A DNA stretch of 64,000 bases, from contig OX597819.1 of the NCBI GenBank assembly GCA_951406725.2, forward strand, positions 55,304,001-55,368,000, given 5' to 3'. The DNA is from Octopus vulgaris (lineage: Eukaryota). The notes below the pieces were generated by a model. The model did no database searches and was not told the origin of the DNA. It worked only from the letters and a program-made list of their open reading frames with translations. Position numbers and translations under genes: made by a program. The first letter of the stretch is position 1, and each line of letters starts with the position of its first letter. Below are positions 51,103 to 63,565 of this stretch, in pieces.

Positions 51103-51887
51103 AGGCGGTGAGCTGGCAGAAACGTTAGCACGCCGGGCGTAATGCTTAGCGGTAGTTCGTCTGCCGCTACGTTCTGAGTTCAAATTCCGCCAAGGTCGAC
51201 TTTGCCTTTCATCCTTTTGGGATCGATTAAATAAGTACCAGTTATGCACTGGGGTCGATCTAATCGACTTAATCTGTTTGTCTGTCCTTGTTTGTCCCCT
51301 CTGTGTCTAGCCCCTTGTGGGTAGTAAAAAAATAAGTATTTCATCTGCCGCTATGTTCTGAGTTCAAATTCTGCTGAGGTCAACTTTGCCTTTCATCCTT
51401 TCAGGGTTGATTAAATAAGTACCAGTTATGCACTGGGGTCGATATAATCGACTTAATCCGTTTATCTGTCCTTGTTTGTCCCCTCTGTGTTTAGCCCCTT
51501 GTGGGTAGTAAAGAAATAAGTATTTCGTCTGCCGTTACGTTCTGAGTTCAAATTCTGCCGAGGTCGACTTTGCCTTTCATCCTTTCGGGGTTGATTAAAT
51601 AAGTACTAGTTATGCACTGGGGTCGATATAATCGACTTAATCCGTTTATCTGTCCTTGTTTGTCCCCTCTGTGTTTAGCCCCTTGTGGGTAGTAAAGAAA
51701 TAAGTATTTCGTCTGCCGCTACGTTTTGAGTTCAAATTCTGTCGAGGTCGACTTTGCCTTGCATCCTTTAGGGTTCAATTAAATAAGTACCAGTTATGCA
51801 CTGGGGTCAATGTAATCAACTTAATCCGTTTGTCTGTCCTTGTTTGTCCCCTCTATGTTTAGCCCCCTGTGGGCAATCAAGAAATAA
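51103..51887 (+). mobile_element. Family B SINE tetramer: one head plus four tandem 184-bp bodies
   Basis: Units start at 51152, 51336, 51520 and 51704. The flanking direct repeats are aatatacataagcataa (51087-51103) and aatgtacataagtataa (51887-51903). Confidence 0.9.
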
Positions 51888-52099
51888 ATGTACATAAGTA
51901 TAATAACAGCAGTCACTCCACACATGCCACAGCACACCACACACACAGTTATATACATGCACTCAGACATATACATTCACTAACACACACACACACACAC
52001 AAGCATGTATAAACTAATGTTCTCCCCCTGCACCCCCGTCAAACCCTAGTTATGTATGTGATAAAATCTGGGAACAAACCTCTCTAGAGATTTCCTGGT

Positions 52100-52790
52100 T
52101 GTGTGTATGAGTGGATATCTATGTGCGAGTGTCTGTGTCTATAGGCTTACGTGTATGTCTTCATGTGCGACTGAATGTATGTATGTGTTTACATGGGTTG
52201 ACATGTAGGCATATTCATGTGTGAGTGCGTGTGCATATGCATGTGTTTATGCATGGGTAGGAGTTCATGCATCTTTATGTATACAGTGTGCATTCAGATG
52301 TGCTGGTGTTTGTATGAGTTCATGTGCAAGTTTGTCCATGTGTGCATATGTGTGTGCATAAGTATATTGTGTATGTGTGTGTGTGTCTTCTTGTTCGCGC
52401 GTGTGTATGTGTGTGTGTGTGTATGTGTGTGTATGTGTGAGTATGCGTGTGTGTGTGTGTATGTGTGTATATCTTCACGTTAGTGCACGCGTGTGTGTTC
52501 ATGTTTGCATGTGTGCGTGTGTACGTTTCTGCATGTTTGTGTGTGTTTTCAGTTTTCAGATGTATGTGTATATGTGTATGTATGGGTTATGTGAGTGTGT
52601 GTGTGTTCGTGTTTGTGTGCGTGTGCGTATGTATGTTTCTGTGTGTCTGCATATTCAAGTGTGTATATATATATGTGTGCATGTGGGCATGTGTGCGAGT
52701 GTGCCTGTATGTCCATGTGTTTGTATCTGCATATTAATGGGATGTGTGTGTGTATGTGTGTCTACATATTCATGCATCTATGTATGTGTA
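52100..52790. repeat. Degenerate (GT/AT)n low-complexity tract
   Basis: Alternating purine-pyrimidine sequence; source of the spurious CV-rich ORFs. Confidence 0.9.
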
Positions 52791-53348
52791 TAACACTTAT
52801 ACTAATAGCATCTCTAAGATAAACAATAAAAATTTTTTTTCCTTCGTATTTTTTCTTCATATTTACATACTCTCTTTTACTCTTTTACTCGTTTCAGTCA
52901 TGTGACTGTGGCCATGCTGGAGCACCGCCTTTAGTCAAGCAAATCAACCCCAAGACTTATTCTTTGTAAGCCTAGTACTTATTCTATCGGAGACTTGTGC
53001 CGAACTGCTAAATTACGGAGACGTAAACACACCAGCATCAGTAGTCAAGCGATGTTGGGGGGGGGACAAACACAGACACACAAACATATACACACATACA
53101 TATATACATATTTGTATACATATATACGACGGGCTTCTTTCAGTTTCCGTCTACCAAATCTATTCATAAGGCTTTGGTCAGCCCAAGGCTATAGTAGAAG
53201 ACACTTGCCCAAGGTGCCACACAGTGGGACTGAACTCGGAACCATGTGGTTGGTAAGCATATTTATTTCTTTTTTGGATTGTTTTGTTTTTGATTTATTA
53301 TTTGTCAAATATATATATATGACAAATAATAAATTATGTATATATATA

Positions 53349-53702
53349 TCATCATCATCATCATCATCATCGTTTAGCGTCCGTTTTCCATGCTAGCATG
53401 GGTTGGACGGTTCTACTGGGGTCTGTGAAGCCAGAAGACTTCATCAGGCCCAGTCAAATCTGGCAGTGTTTCTACGGCTGGATGCCCTTCCTAACGCCAA
53501 CCACTCCGTGAGTGTAGTGGGTGCTTTTTACGTGCCACCCGCTAAAGAGTACAGCAGGGATCACCACCACCCCCTGCCGGAGCCTCGTGGAGCTTTAGGT
53601 GTTTTCGCTCAATAAACACTCACAACGCCCAGTCTAGGAATCGAAACCGCGATCCTGCAACCGTGAATCCGCTGCCCTTACCACTGGGCCATTGCACCTC
53701 CA
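53349..53702 (-). mobile_element. Composite SINE: distinct tRNA-like head (53702-53541) joined to a family C tail
   Basis: Minus strand reads TGGAGGTGCAATGGCCCAGTGGTAAGGGCAGCGG...GGTTTCGATTCC (A and B boxes), then GGGTGGCACGTAAAAAGCACCC...(GAT)n. Confidence 0.75.
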
Positions 53703-54132
53703 CATATATATATATATATACACACACACATGATATAAATATGATATATGTATTTTTTTATGATATATATATGTATGCACATACATACATACATACATAC
53801 ATATACACACACACTATTCATGAAACATGATACTTCTGAGTAAGATATACACTTTTCTATCTTTTCATTTTCTATTTCTCTCTCTTTCTTTTATTTATTC
53901 ATTTATTTGTTTGTTTTTTTGTTTGTTTGTTTTTTTTCAGTTTCATTTATATTGGGAATAATTAGAGCTAGGAACAAACATACCATTATTACAATGTGAC
54001 TTCCAGTCTGTTTCTCAGAGCAGCTTTTTTTTCTTATTATTTTTGTATTTCTAAAAGTACCATCAAGTTTGCTGATGTTGTTTGTATTGTTGTCATGGTC
54101 TTTATTGCTGCAGTTATGTTAGTGTTACCATA

Positions 54133-54164
<32 letters not shown>

Positions 54165-54409
54165 CCATTCTATTTCCTGTTGTTGTTGTTGCTATTTTTG
54201 CCAATATCAAAATGGAGGAATCCAAGTAAATCTGTCAAGTTAAATGATTTTTAACACCATACATCAACTAGATTATTACAATATTGCAAGAAAGCTTGAG
54301 GTTAAATTAATTTCAGCTGGAATTAGTCCCTCAGTCTGCTAAGTCCATGATAATTCTGAATCTTTGGTTGAAAGCAAGGATTTTATATTCTGCATTCTCT
54401 TTGTCTGTG

Positions 54410-54622
54410 GAGGCATGTGGCTTAGTGTTAAGGGTGTTGGACTCAGGATCATAAGACTGTAGTTTCAATTCCTGGACCAGGCAACACATGTTCTTGAGCA
54501 AAACACTTCATTTCACATTGCTCCAGTTCACTCAGCGGGTAAAATGAGATAACCCTGCAATGGACTGGCATCCCATCCAGGTGGGGAATATATACGCCAT
54601 TGAAACCAGGAAACCAGCCCTT
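54410..54622 (+). mobile_element. tRNA-derived SINE, family D
   Basis: GAGGCATGTGGCTTAGTG...GTTTCAATTCC...CTTGAGCAAAACACTT...CCCTGCAATGGACTGGCATCCCATCCAGG. Relatives occur at 19270-19610, 25040-25250, 58098-58278 and 58632-58950. Confidence 0.8.
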
Positions 54623-54631
54623 ATGATTCTG

Positions 54632-54750
54632 GTATGGCTCGAGGTTTTGGACCTAGAAGTGAGAAGGGAACAAAACTGCTGGAGTTCTGTGATGCAAATG
54701 ATATCATGATCTGCAACACTAAATTCAAAAACCAAGCCAGCCATTTAATC
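54632..54750 (+). mobile_element. RTE APE-endonuclease fragment
   Basis: GFGPRSEKGTKLLEFCDANDIMICNTKFKNQASHLI. Confidence 0.75.
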
Positions 54751-54754
54751 TTCT

Positions 54755-55345
54755 ATCTTTACTATCTCTTCTCTGTCTATCTCTCTCCCTCTCTTGTTCT
54801 TCATCCTTTCTGGGTTTCTCTCCCACCCTTCCCTATTCTTCTCCTCTCCTCTTCACTGTTCCCTCTCTCTCATTCTACCTCCTTGACTCACTCGTTGCTG
54901 ACACGTGACAAAAGGGAATCTATCTTTCTGCCCATTTCATTCCTAAAGATAAGATGCGGCTTATACCTGTCTCCTCTCATAAGCTCATCCTCCTAGCGTT
55001 CATAATAATTTGTCTTGGCTTAACAGCCCTCACTGTTTGTTTCTACTGTCTTTTTCTCACTGTCCTGTTCGTGTTACCACTTTCACCCTCTGCAAAAAAT
55101 CCCAAATTTTATTTAATTTGCTTTGCAGGAAGGACTTTTCAACGAAGTTGAGTATTGTCCATGCCTTCGAAACACTGAGTAGATGAAACAGGGACAACTG
55201 ATGAAGGGGAATATTCTTTATGTTGCATGTCTTGTTTCTCTGTCCGTTTTTTCAGTTGTTCGAAAAAGTTTGTTTTCTATGTTTTTGTTTTTATGCTTTC
55301 GTTTCTCATTGTGTTCAACATTTTTCTTATGTTCTGTACCCATAT
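54755..55345 (+). mobile_element. Possible Penelope-like pseudo-LTR remnant with hammerhead-like core
   Basis: Pyrimidine-rich flanks end in a TA microsatellite. GTA-TTGTCCATG...CAGGGACAA-CTGATGA lies at 55152-55205. Confidence 0.4.
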
Positions 55346-55430
55346 ATGCATGTATATATATACATATATATGTAGGTATGTACATGTCTGTATGTATATA
55401 TGCATCTATTTATATATTATTTATATTATT

Positions 55431-56003
55431 TTGCCAGCTCTGTCTGGCCCCGTGTCGGTGGCACGTAAAAGCACCATCCGTTCGTGGCTGTTTGCCAGCT
55501 CTGTCTGGCCCCGTGTCGGTGGCACGTAAAAGCACCATCTGTTCGTGTCCGTTGCCAGCCTCGGCTGGCCCCCGTGCCGGTGACACGTAAAAGCACCGTC
55601 CGCTCGTGGCCGTTTGCCAGCTCTGTCTGGCAACCTTGTCGGTGGCACGCAAAAGCACCATCCGTTCGCGTCCGTTGCCAGCCTCGGCTGGCCCCCGTGC
55701 CGGTGACACGTAAAAGCACCGTCCGTTCGTGGCCGGTTGCCAGCTCTGTCTGGCCCCGTGCCAGTGACACGTAAAAGCACCATCCGTTCGTGGCCGTTCG
55801 CCAGCTCTGTCTGGCACCTGTGCAGGTGGCACGTAAAAAACACCCACTACACTCGCGGAGTGGTTGGCGTTAGGAAGGTCATCCAGCCGTAGAAACACTG
55901 CCAGATCTGACTGGGCCTGACGAAGCCTTCCAGCTTCACAGACCCCAGTTGACCCGTCCAACCCATGCTAGCATGGAAAGCGGACGCTAAACGATGATGA
56001 TGA
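55431..56003 (+). mobile_element. Young family C SINE with about 7 internal ~61-bp tandem units
   Basis: AAAGCACC recurs about every 61 bp from ~55468 to ~55836. The tail is of the same type as 27370-27549. Confidence 0.9.
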
Positions 56004-56799
56004 TATGATCGAATGCCACGCATCCTTTTCCAATAAGTTTTATATATATACTGAAAGAAGACTGTCATATATATGTGCATATTTGTGTGTATGTGTGTGT
56101 ATGTCTGTGTTTGTACTCTAACCATCACTTGACAACCGATGTTACTGTGTTTACATCCCTGTAACTTAGCAGTCAGCAAAAGACACCAACAGAATAAGTA
56201 CTAGGCTTACAAAGAATAAATCCTGGGGTCAGTTTGTTTGACTAAAATTGGTGCTCCAGTATGGCAGCAGTCACCTAAATAGTTGGCATGAAGTTGTTTG
56301 CCAACACACACCAACCTTCTTTGGCCCAGAGACATGCTGTTTCCTCTTTTTCTTCTTCTTCTTACCAATACTGTAAAAAAAACTTGACCCTAGGTCTGCA
56401 ATAGCCACTTACATCCAGTCCTTTTCTCCTCCAGAACATCAACCTTCTGGAAACTCTTGTGTAGCTGTCAGTTTGTAGAATGTTACCCACATTGAATTTC
56501 ATCTGTCTTGGTGTGTCCATGAAGGTGAGAGGCACAGCTCATTCCTCAAAACCAAAATGAACCAAAATATTGACTGGCAAAAGCTTTGTGAGTGAAATTT
56601 GGTAGATGGAAGGCAAACGAATTTTATAGGTGCAGGTGTGGCTGCGTAGTAAGAAGTTTGCTTCCCAACCACATGGTTCTGGGTTCAGTCCCACTAAGTG
56701 GCACTTTGGGCAAGTCTCTTCTACTATTGCCCTAGACTGACTAAAGCCATGCGAGTGGATCTGGTAGATGGAAACTGAAAACAGCCCATTGTGTATATG

Positions 56800-56835
<36 letters not shown>

Positions 56836-58319
56836 TGTCAGTCCTCCATGACCACTTGGCTACCAGTGTTGGTTTGTTTATGTCCCTGTAACACAGTAGC
56901 TTACCAAACAAGACCAAGAGAATAAGTATCAGGCTTACAAAAGTAAGCACTAATGTGGTCAACATGCATTTCAATTTCAACTGAAACGAAAATGTAATCA
57001 ATACATGGAGAGAGAGAGAGATATATATGATGGGATTGGGATAGCAGAATTGGTACATTAAGCAAAAATTCTGTGTAGCTTTGGTTATGACCATTTATCT
57101 TCTGGTTAGAAGCCTACATGATCAGATCAACTTTTGCCTTTCATGTCCAAAAGTAATAAAAAAAAAACAAAATAGCAGACAAAGAACTGGGGATAATGCA
57201 CTCAACTAAGACCTGTACAGAATGACAGGAACTTAGTCTCTAATTAAAGGATCCAACATTTTTTTTTTTTTTTTTTTGGTAGAAAACAGGGGTACTAAAT
57301 AAGTTTATAAAATTGGTATGTCTTTCTTTTCGGTAAAAAAAAAAAAGCTTAAATATCCCTTCTCTGATAAGATGATTTTTCTCCCTGTACAAGCAGATAG
57401 TGTGATTGCAGTTAATATCCCACAAAGCATGGCACATATTTCTCGCATACAAGTAATTTAATACTTCAAATCACTTAACTGTGATTCACTCAAAGATTGA
57501 GCAAATATTAAATTACAGCCCATCAGCTAATAATTAAGTACCTTATTCCCTTATCAATTTCACTTGTACGTATAAGCACAGGCATGGCTGTGGTTAAGAG
57601 GTTTGTTTTGCAAACACATAGTTTCCGGTTCAGTCCTACTGTACAGCATGTGAGAAAGTTTTTTTTTTTTTCTATAACTACGTGACAACCAATGCCTCCA
57701 GAATGAATTTTGGTAAATGGAAACAGTGTGGAAGCCTGTTATACATGTGTTCATGATGGTGGTGAGGCTCTGCCTTTCTGTTTGTGTTAGTTACTGCTTG
57801 ACAACTGGTGTTGGCTTGTTCATGTCCACATGACTTAGTGGTTTGACAAAACAAAAACAAAAGGCAAAGTCACCTTCATGAGTCATGGTGACGCATAAGG
57901 GCTAGTTTCCTGGTTTCTGTCATCATCATCATCATTTAATGTCTGTCGTCCATGCTGGCATGGGTTGGACAGTTTGACCAGGGCTGGCAAGCTGGAAGGC
58001 TACACCAGACTCCAGACTGATTTGGTATGGTTTCTATAGTTGGATGCCCTTTCTAAAGCCAACCACCCTGAGAGTGTAAGGGGTGTTTTATGTGCCACCA
58101 CCTGGATGGGATGCCAGTCCATTGCAGGATTACTCATTTTTGCCAGCTGAGCAGACTGGAGCAACATGAAGTATAGTGTTTGGCTCAAGAACACACCACA
58201 TTGCTCAGTCCAAGAATCGAAACCGTAATCTTACAATCATGAGTCCAACATGTCTAACCACTAAGTCATGCACCTCCACATTTGACAAAAAAGGCCCAAT
58301 GGAAAAAGTACATGAATGT

Positions 58320-58509
58320 ATGTGGCCTAGGTAAAAGCATGTGACCTGAGAAATGGCATGTGGCCTAGGTAAAGGTGTGTGGCCTGAGAAAAGGTGTGTG
58401 GCATAGGTAAAGGCATGTGGCCTGAGAAAAGGCATGTGGCATAGGTAAAGGCATGTGGCCCGAGAAAAAGCATGTGGCTTAGGTAAAGGCATATGGCCTG
58501 AGAAAAGGT
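58320..58509. repeat. 38-bp dimeric minisatellite (2 x 19 bp), 5 copies
   Basis: ATGTGGCCTAGGTAAAGGC alternates with ATGTGGCCTGAGAAAAGGC. Confidence 0.9.
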
Positions 58510-59125
58510 ATATTGCCTATGGTTACGATGTTGCAATCACAATCACTAGATTATGGTTTCAATTTTCAGACTGGCTGGCATGTTGTGCTCTTGAACAAAA
58601 AAACTTCATTTCACATTGCTCTGTGGGTGTGAAGGCGCATGGCTTAGTGGTTCGGGTATTCAGCTCATGATCATATGGTTGTGAGGTTGATTCCTGGCAG
58701 CATGTTATGTCCTTGAGCAAGACATTTTATTTCATAATCCTCCAGTCCGCTCAGCTGACAAAAATGAGTAGCACCTGTATTTCAAGGGCCAGCCTTGTCA
58801 CATTGTGTCACGCTGAAGCTCCCTGAGAACTACATTCACAGTAAGCATGCCTGTGGAGTTCTCAGCCACTTGCACATTAATTTCATGAGCAAGCTGTTCA
58901 GTTGATCAGATCAACTGAAACTCTCATCATCATAACCAACGGAGGCACCAGTTGTGGGTGGCAGAATGGCAGAATTGCTGGTACATTGGTAAACATGCTT
59001 TATAGTATATCATCCAGTTCTGTACATTCTGTGTTCAAATCCCACCTGCATGGAGATGGCAATGGGAAACCCCTCTAGTATTCATCCCAAGTCTAGTTAC
59101 AATAGCCAAAGTCTACTTTAATAAA

Positions 59126-59629
59126 AGTCTGCCCTTGAGTATAATACACTGGGTATTTTTAGGGGGCTGTACCTCTGAAAAACCTAAACCTTGTGTATAA
59201 TATGCACCCCTTCTCTAACTTGAGTTGTGCGTAATTAAGGCAGCAGCAACTAGTCAAACAAACACTTCCACGCACGGGTAATACAATAATGGTGATGTTC
59301 TTAACTGTTATATGGGAATGTAAATATGTTTGCAAATTGTTTTTGTTACATGTTATTCTGTGTTTTGAATACTTTTATTCTAATAAATGTTGCTTACTGC
59401 AAGTTATGGATGATTCTTTTATGACTTCATTGCTTTCAGGCTTAGCTTAAGGTATTTTCGCGCCCGACATCACAAAATGCGTCTGAATAAACATTGCCAG
59501 ACAGCAAATAGAGACTCGGACATTGCTTAGAAAATACTTTTCATTTTTAACCTCGTATATAATACCTACTAGGGATTTTGACCTTTAAATTTTGGGGAAA
59601 AAATGCAGATTATACTTGGGGATTTACGG
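59126..59629. mobile_element. Second copy of the pogo-like MITE, left TIR tip missing
   Basis: Colinear with 13561-14067 and ends GATTTACGG|TA. Confidence 0.85.
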
Positions 59630-62298
59630 TATATACAACAAAGCAAATAAAATACAAATATGATGTTAGGAAGAGCATCCAGTTGTAGAAACCATATCAA
59701 AGCAGATAATGGAGCTCAGCACAGCCCTTTAGCTTATCAGTTCCTGTCAAACTGTTTGACCTTTGTCAGCATGGAAAAAGAGACAGATGATAATGATGAT
59801 GATGATGTATTTTCTGTAACCAGAAAGAAACTCTGTATTGTAGACTTTCCTAAACTGCACTATTGCCTACGCATAATATTTTTAACAGCAAATCCGTCCA
59901 AAGTTTGGTTCAAGAACCTTTTAACAGAGAAATGGTTATTAATAGTTTCGATATATTTGCATCCCATTATATTCTTTTATATTTGGTTAAAACTGAAATT
60001 TGATTTCGATCAATAACCATTGTTTGAATCATTGTTCAAATGGACAACAACACACAAATGTGTTCCAAACAATTACCAAATCCTCACCACCAAAACTAAT
60101 TGGTTTAATGTGTTTTGTCATTCTGCCAGGAGATTTGACTGAAATCAATTAGGTTTATTTATTCTTTGTCTTTTTAATGTAAGCATTAAAAAGTCTCAAC
60201 ATTACAGGTCATGGTAGCCGAAGCTCCAGTGGCCTATTTTACAGCAGCAGGGGAGGGTACAGGCCCTCCCATGTCATGTAGAGAGTGCTGGAGAAGATTC
60301 ACATGCACAGGACCTACCCAAGGACATAACGCCACTAGACTAAGAATAAGTACATACTTAAAATAGTATTGGAGTCAACTTGTTCAGCTAAACCCAAGCA
60401 TGGCCACAGTCCAATGACTGAAACAAGTAATATAAGAGTAATGTGGGCCAAAGAGCCTGGCATACCTTGGTGGCATTCATGCTGAATTAACCCTTTAGCA
60501 TTCAAATTATTCTATCAAATGTAATGTTTATCTATTCATATTGTTTTGAATTAATCACACATTATCTTGCAGCTTCAAGATTAATATAGAGGTGGTTGTT
60601 TAGTTTTAGACTAACATTGTTAGGTAGGAGTAAGAGGTCTGATCTGGCCAGTTTGAGCATTGAACAAGCAGAATATTTTGAGCCCAATATGGCTTGTTTT
60701 AATGCTAAAGGGTTAAAAGGCTTCAGAATTACAGGCAAGAAAAAAAGAAGTTCCCTAAAATCATTGGTCATCATGTGCTAACAAGGGAGCCTTATGTGGT
60801 CTCTTGACCAGCTAGAAATAGCAGCCAAATTATCCTCAAATAACACTATTATCATAAAAAGTAAAAGACATATTAGATAAGATAGTTCTATAATTAAAAT
60901 TTTTTTTTTAACCAGCTAGGTCTGAAGGAAAGGGTAATGCCTATGGCTTTTTCAGGCCCTTCCACCCCAGTAAAATTGGCTTCAAATTTTGGCACAATGC
61001 CAGTAATTTTACGGGGGTGGAGGTAAGTTGATTACATCAACCCCAGTGTTCAACTGGTATTTACTTTATCAACCCCAAAAGAATGAAAGGCAAAATAATC
61101 TTCAGTGGAATTTGAACTCAAAATGTTAAGACAAACGAAATGCCACTAAGCATTTTGCCCAGTGTGTTAACAGTTCTACCACCTCACTGCTTTCTCCTAC
61201 ACCTATGAGATTGATGCCATTAATGTTCTTCTTGTCTCCTTGAAAATTAATATCTGCAAGGAAGACAAGAGCCAAGAGGGAATTCCTCAGGGCTGTCATT
61301 CTGAGAAAGAAGGATCAGGAGTCTAGATGGAATGTGTGCTGCTCCCAGAGGCCCACAAAAAAATACATATTGCCTACAGCAGACCCCAAAGTGGTGCCGC
61401 CCCCATAGAAGTACTGCCTGGGGCAGACTGCCTCCTCTGTCCCCCACACCTCTAGCTATGCTAGTGGTTAGTGCAGGACCCTGGAAGGTTGGACACATCA
61501 AGCATGACGAGAGGAGGAGGAGGGACAAGTGAAATGGAAATGGCTGAATGAATGAGGCAAAACCCAGCCAGCACTGAGAAGCAGATGTTATTGGAAAAAA
61601 GATAAATAGAGATAAGAAGGTGAAAGTTGAAACACCCCTGATTATAGGTATACTACATCTAGGATGACCTGTGTAAACCACATAGATATATTTATGTCTA
61701 AATGGTCCAATTAATTTGAAAACAATCAAGTATTTAAAGAGATTTAGTAAAATAATTTTGTCATTTTCTTTTAGTATTTCATTTACAAGATTCTTAATGT
61801 GAACTTGTGTGTTGAAACAGATTTTGTTGTATCTTGGGAGGGTCATCATGCCAATAATAAACACATGCACTGGTTCTTTCACCTTTTGTCTTTTACATGT
61901 TTCAGCTATTGGACAGTAGCCATGCTGAAGCACTATTTTGAAGGGTTTTTGGTTAAATAAATTGGCTCTAGTACATATTTTGCTTTTAGTTTGATACTTG
62001 CTTTATCAGTGTCTTTTGCTGAGCCACTAAGTTATGGGGATGTAAGCCAACAAACATTGATGTCAAGCAAACATTGATGATGTGTGTGTGTGAGACAGGT
62101 TTCTATACAGTTTCTGTCTATCAAATTCACTCACAAAGCAGAATCCAAAACCATGAAGTTGTAAAGTGATCTTCTTAACCATATAACTATGCCTGTGCTT
62201 TCTTTGCTTATAATAGTCAATTGATTAAGCACTTAACCAATCAATAAAACAATCAAACAAATGATTGATTAGTTAACTGGTTAACCAACTGACTTATT

Positions 62299-62695
62299 TA
62301 CTCTTTTACTTGTTTCAGTCATTTGACTGCGGCCATGCTGGAGCACCACCTTTAGTCAAGCAAATCGACCCCGGGACTTATTCTTCGTAAGCCTAGTACT
62401 TATTCTATCAGTCTATTTTGTCAAACCACTAAGTGACGGGGACATAAACACACCAGCATTGGTTGTCAAGCAATGCTAGGGGGACAAACACAAACACACA
62501 AACATACACACATACATATATATACATATATACAACGGGCTTCTTTCAGTTTCCGTCTACCAAATCCACTAACAAGGCTTTGGTCAGCCCGAAGCTATAG
62601 TAAAAGACACTTGCCCAAGATGCCATGTAGTGGGAATGAACCCGGAACCATGTGGTTGGTAAGCAAGCTACTTACCACACAGTCACTCCTGGCAT
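62299..62695 (-). mobile_element. Full-length family A SINE
   Basis: Reverse complement of the 3498-3902 type. Confidence 0.9.
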
Positions 62696-63124
62696 GTGTT
62701 TATTATTGGCATGATGACCCACCCAAGCTTCAGCTTTGTCATTATTAATTTAATGTTTGGAATATAAACTTAACAAAAGGTTCTTAGATGAAACTATAAT
62801 GGAAAATTTAAATCTCAATGTGAACAGGCGTTTTTATTATAACACAGGCGGGTTGGTATCAAAAGGGTTAGACATCAACAGCAACAACAACAACATCAGT
62901 GATGTAAGTGAAGAAGAATCATTAGAGTGAGGAACCAAAACTCGGTCAGACATAAACAGTCTCACTGAATCTTTGTTCTTGTGAAGAAGAAAAGAAAATG
63001 AACAAAAAAACTTAGATGATGATAATGAAAAAGATGATTACCACAAAAGATAATAATGATGGTGATTATGACAATAAGGCTAATGATGGTGATGATGATG
63101 ATGATAATAAGAGAGCTAGCCAAT

Positions 63125-63565
63125 GTAATACACAGATGTACATATATACACATACACACACATACATATATGTATAAACTTATATATACACACAAACATA
63201 TATAAACATACACATATATATATGCATACACATACACACATATATAGATACACATATATATATATGCATACACATATATATATAGATACACATATATATA
63301 TATATGCATACACATACACACATATATAGATACACATACATATACACATATATACATATACACACATATACATACACATACACACACATATACACACATT
63401 TACACACATATTTATACACACACACACACACATATATATATATACACATATATACATACATACACATATATACATACATACACATATATACATGAATATG
63501 CACATATACAGGAATACATACACATGCACACACACTCATACACACATACACACATACACACTCTT
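63125..63565. repeat. Degenerate (AC/AT)n tract
   Basis: Alternating dinucleotide low-complexity sequence. Confidence 0.9.

Noticed and set aside
53541-53702. tRNA gene
   Set aside because: A and B boxes are present, but there is no complete cloverleaf or terminator and it continues into a SINE body.
59890-59940. Homeodomain-like KVWFKN
   Set aside because: It is followed by LLTEKW rather than RRAKW and has no helices 1-2; a chance match.
61247-61933. 228-aa minus-strand ORF
   Set aside because: It starts inside a SINE, crosses a transposon-like fragment and has no domain signature.
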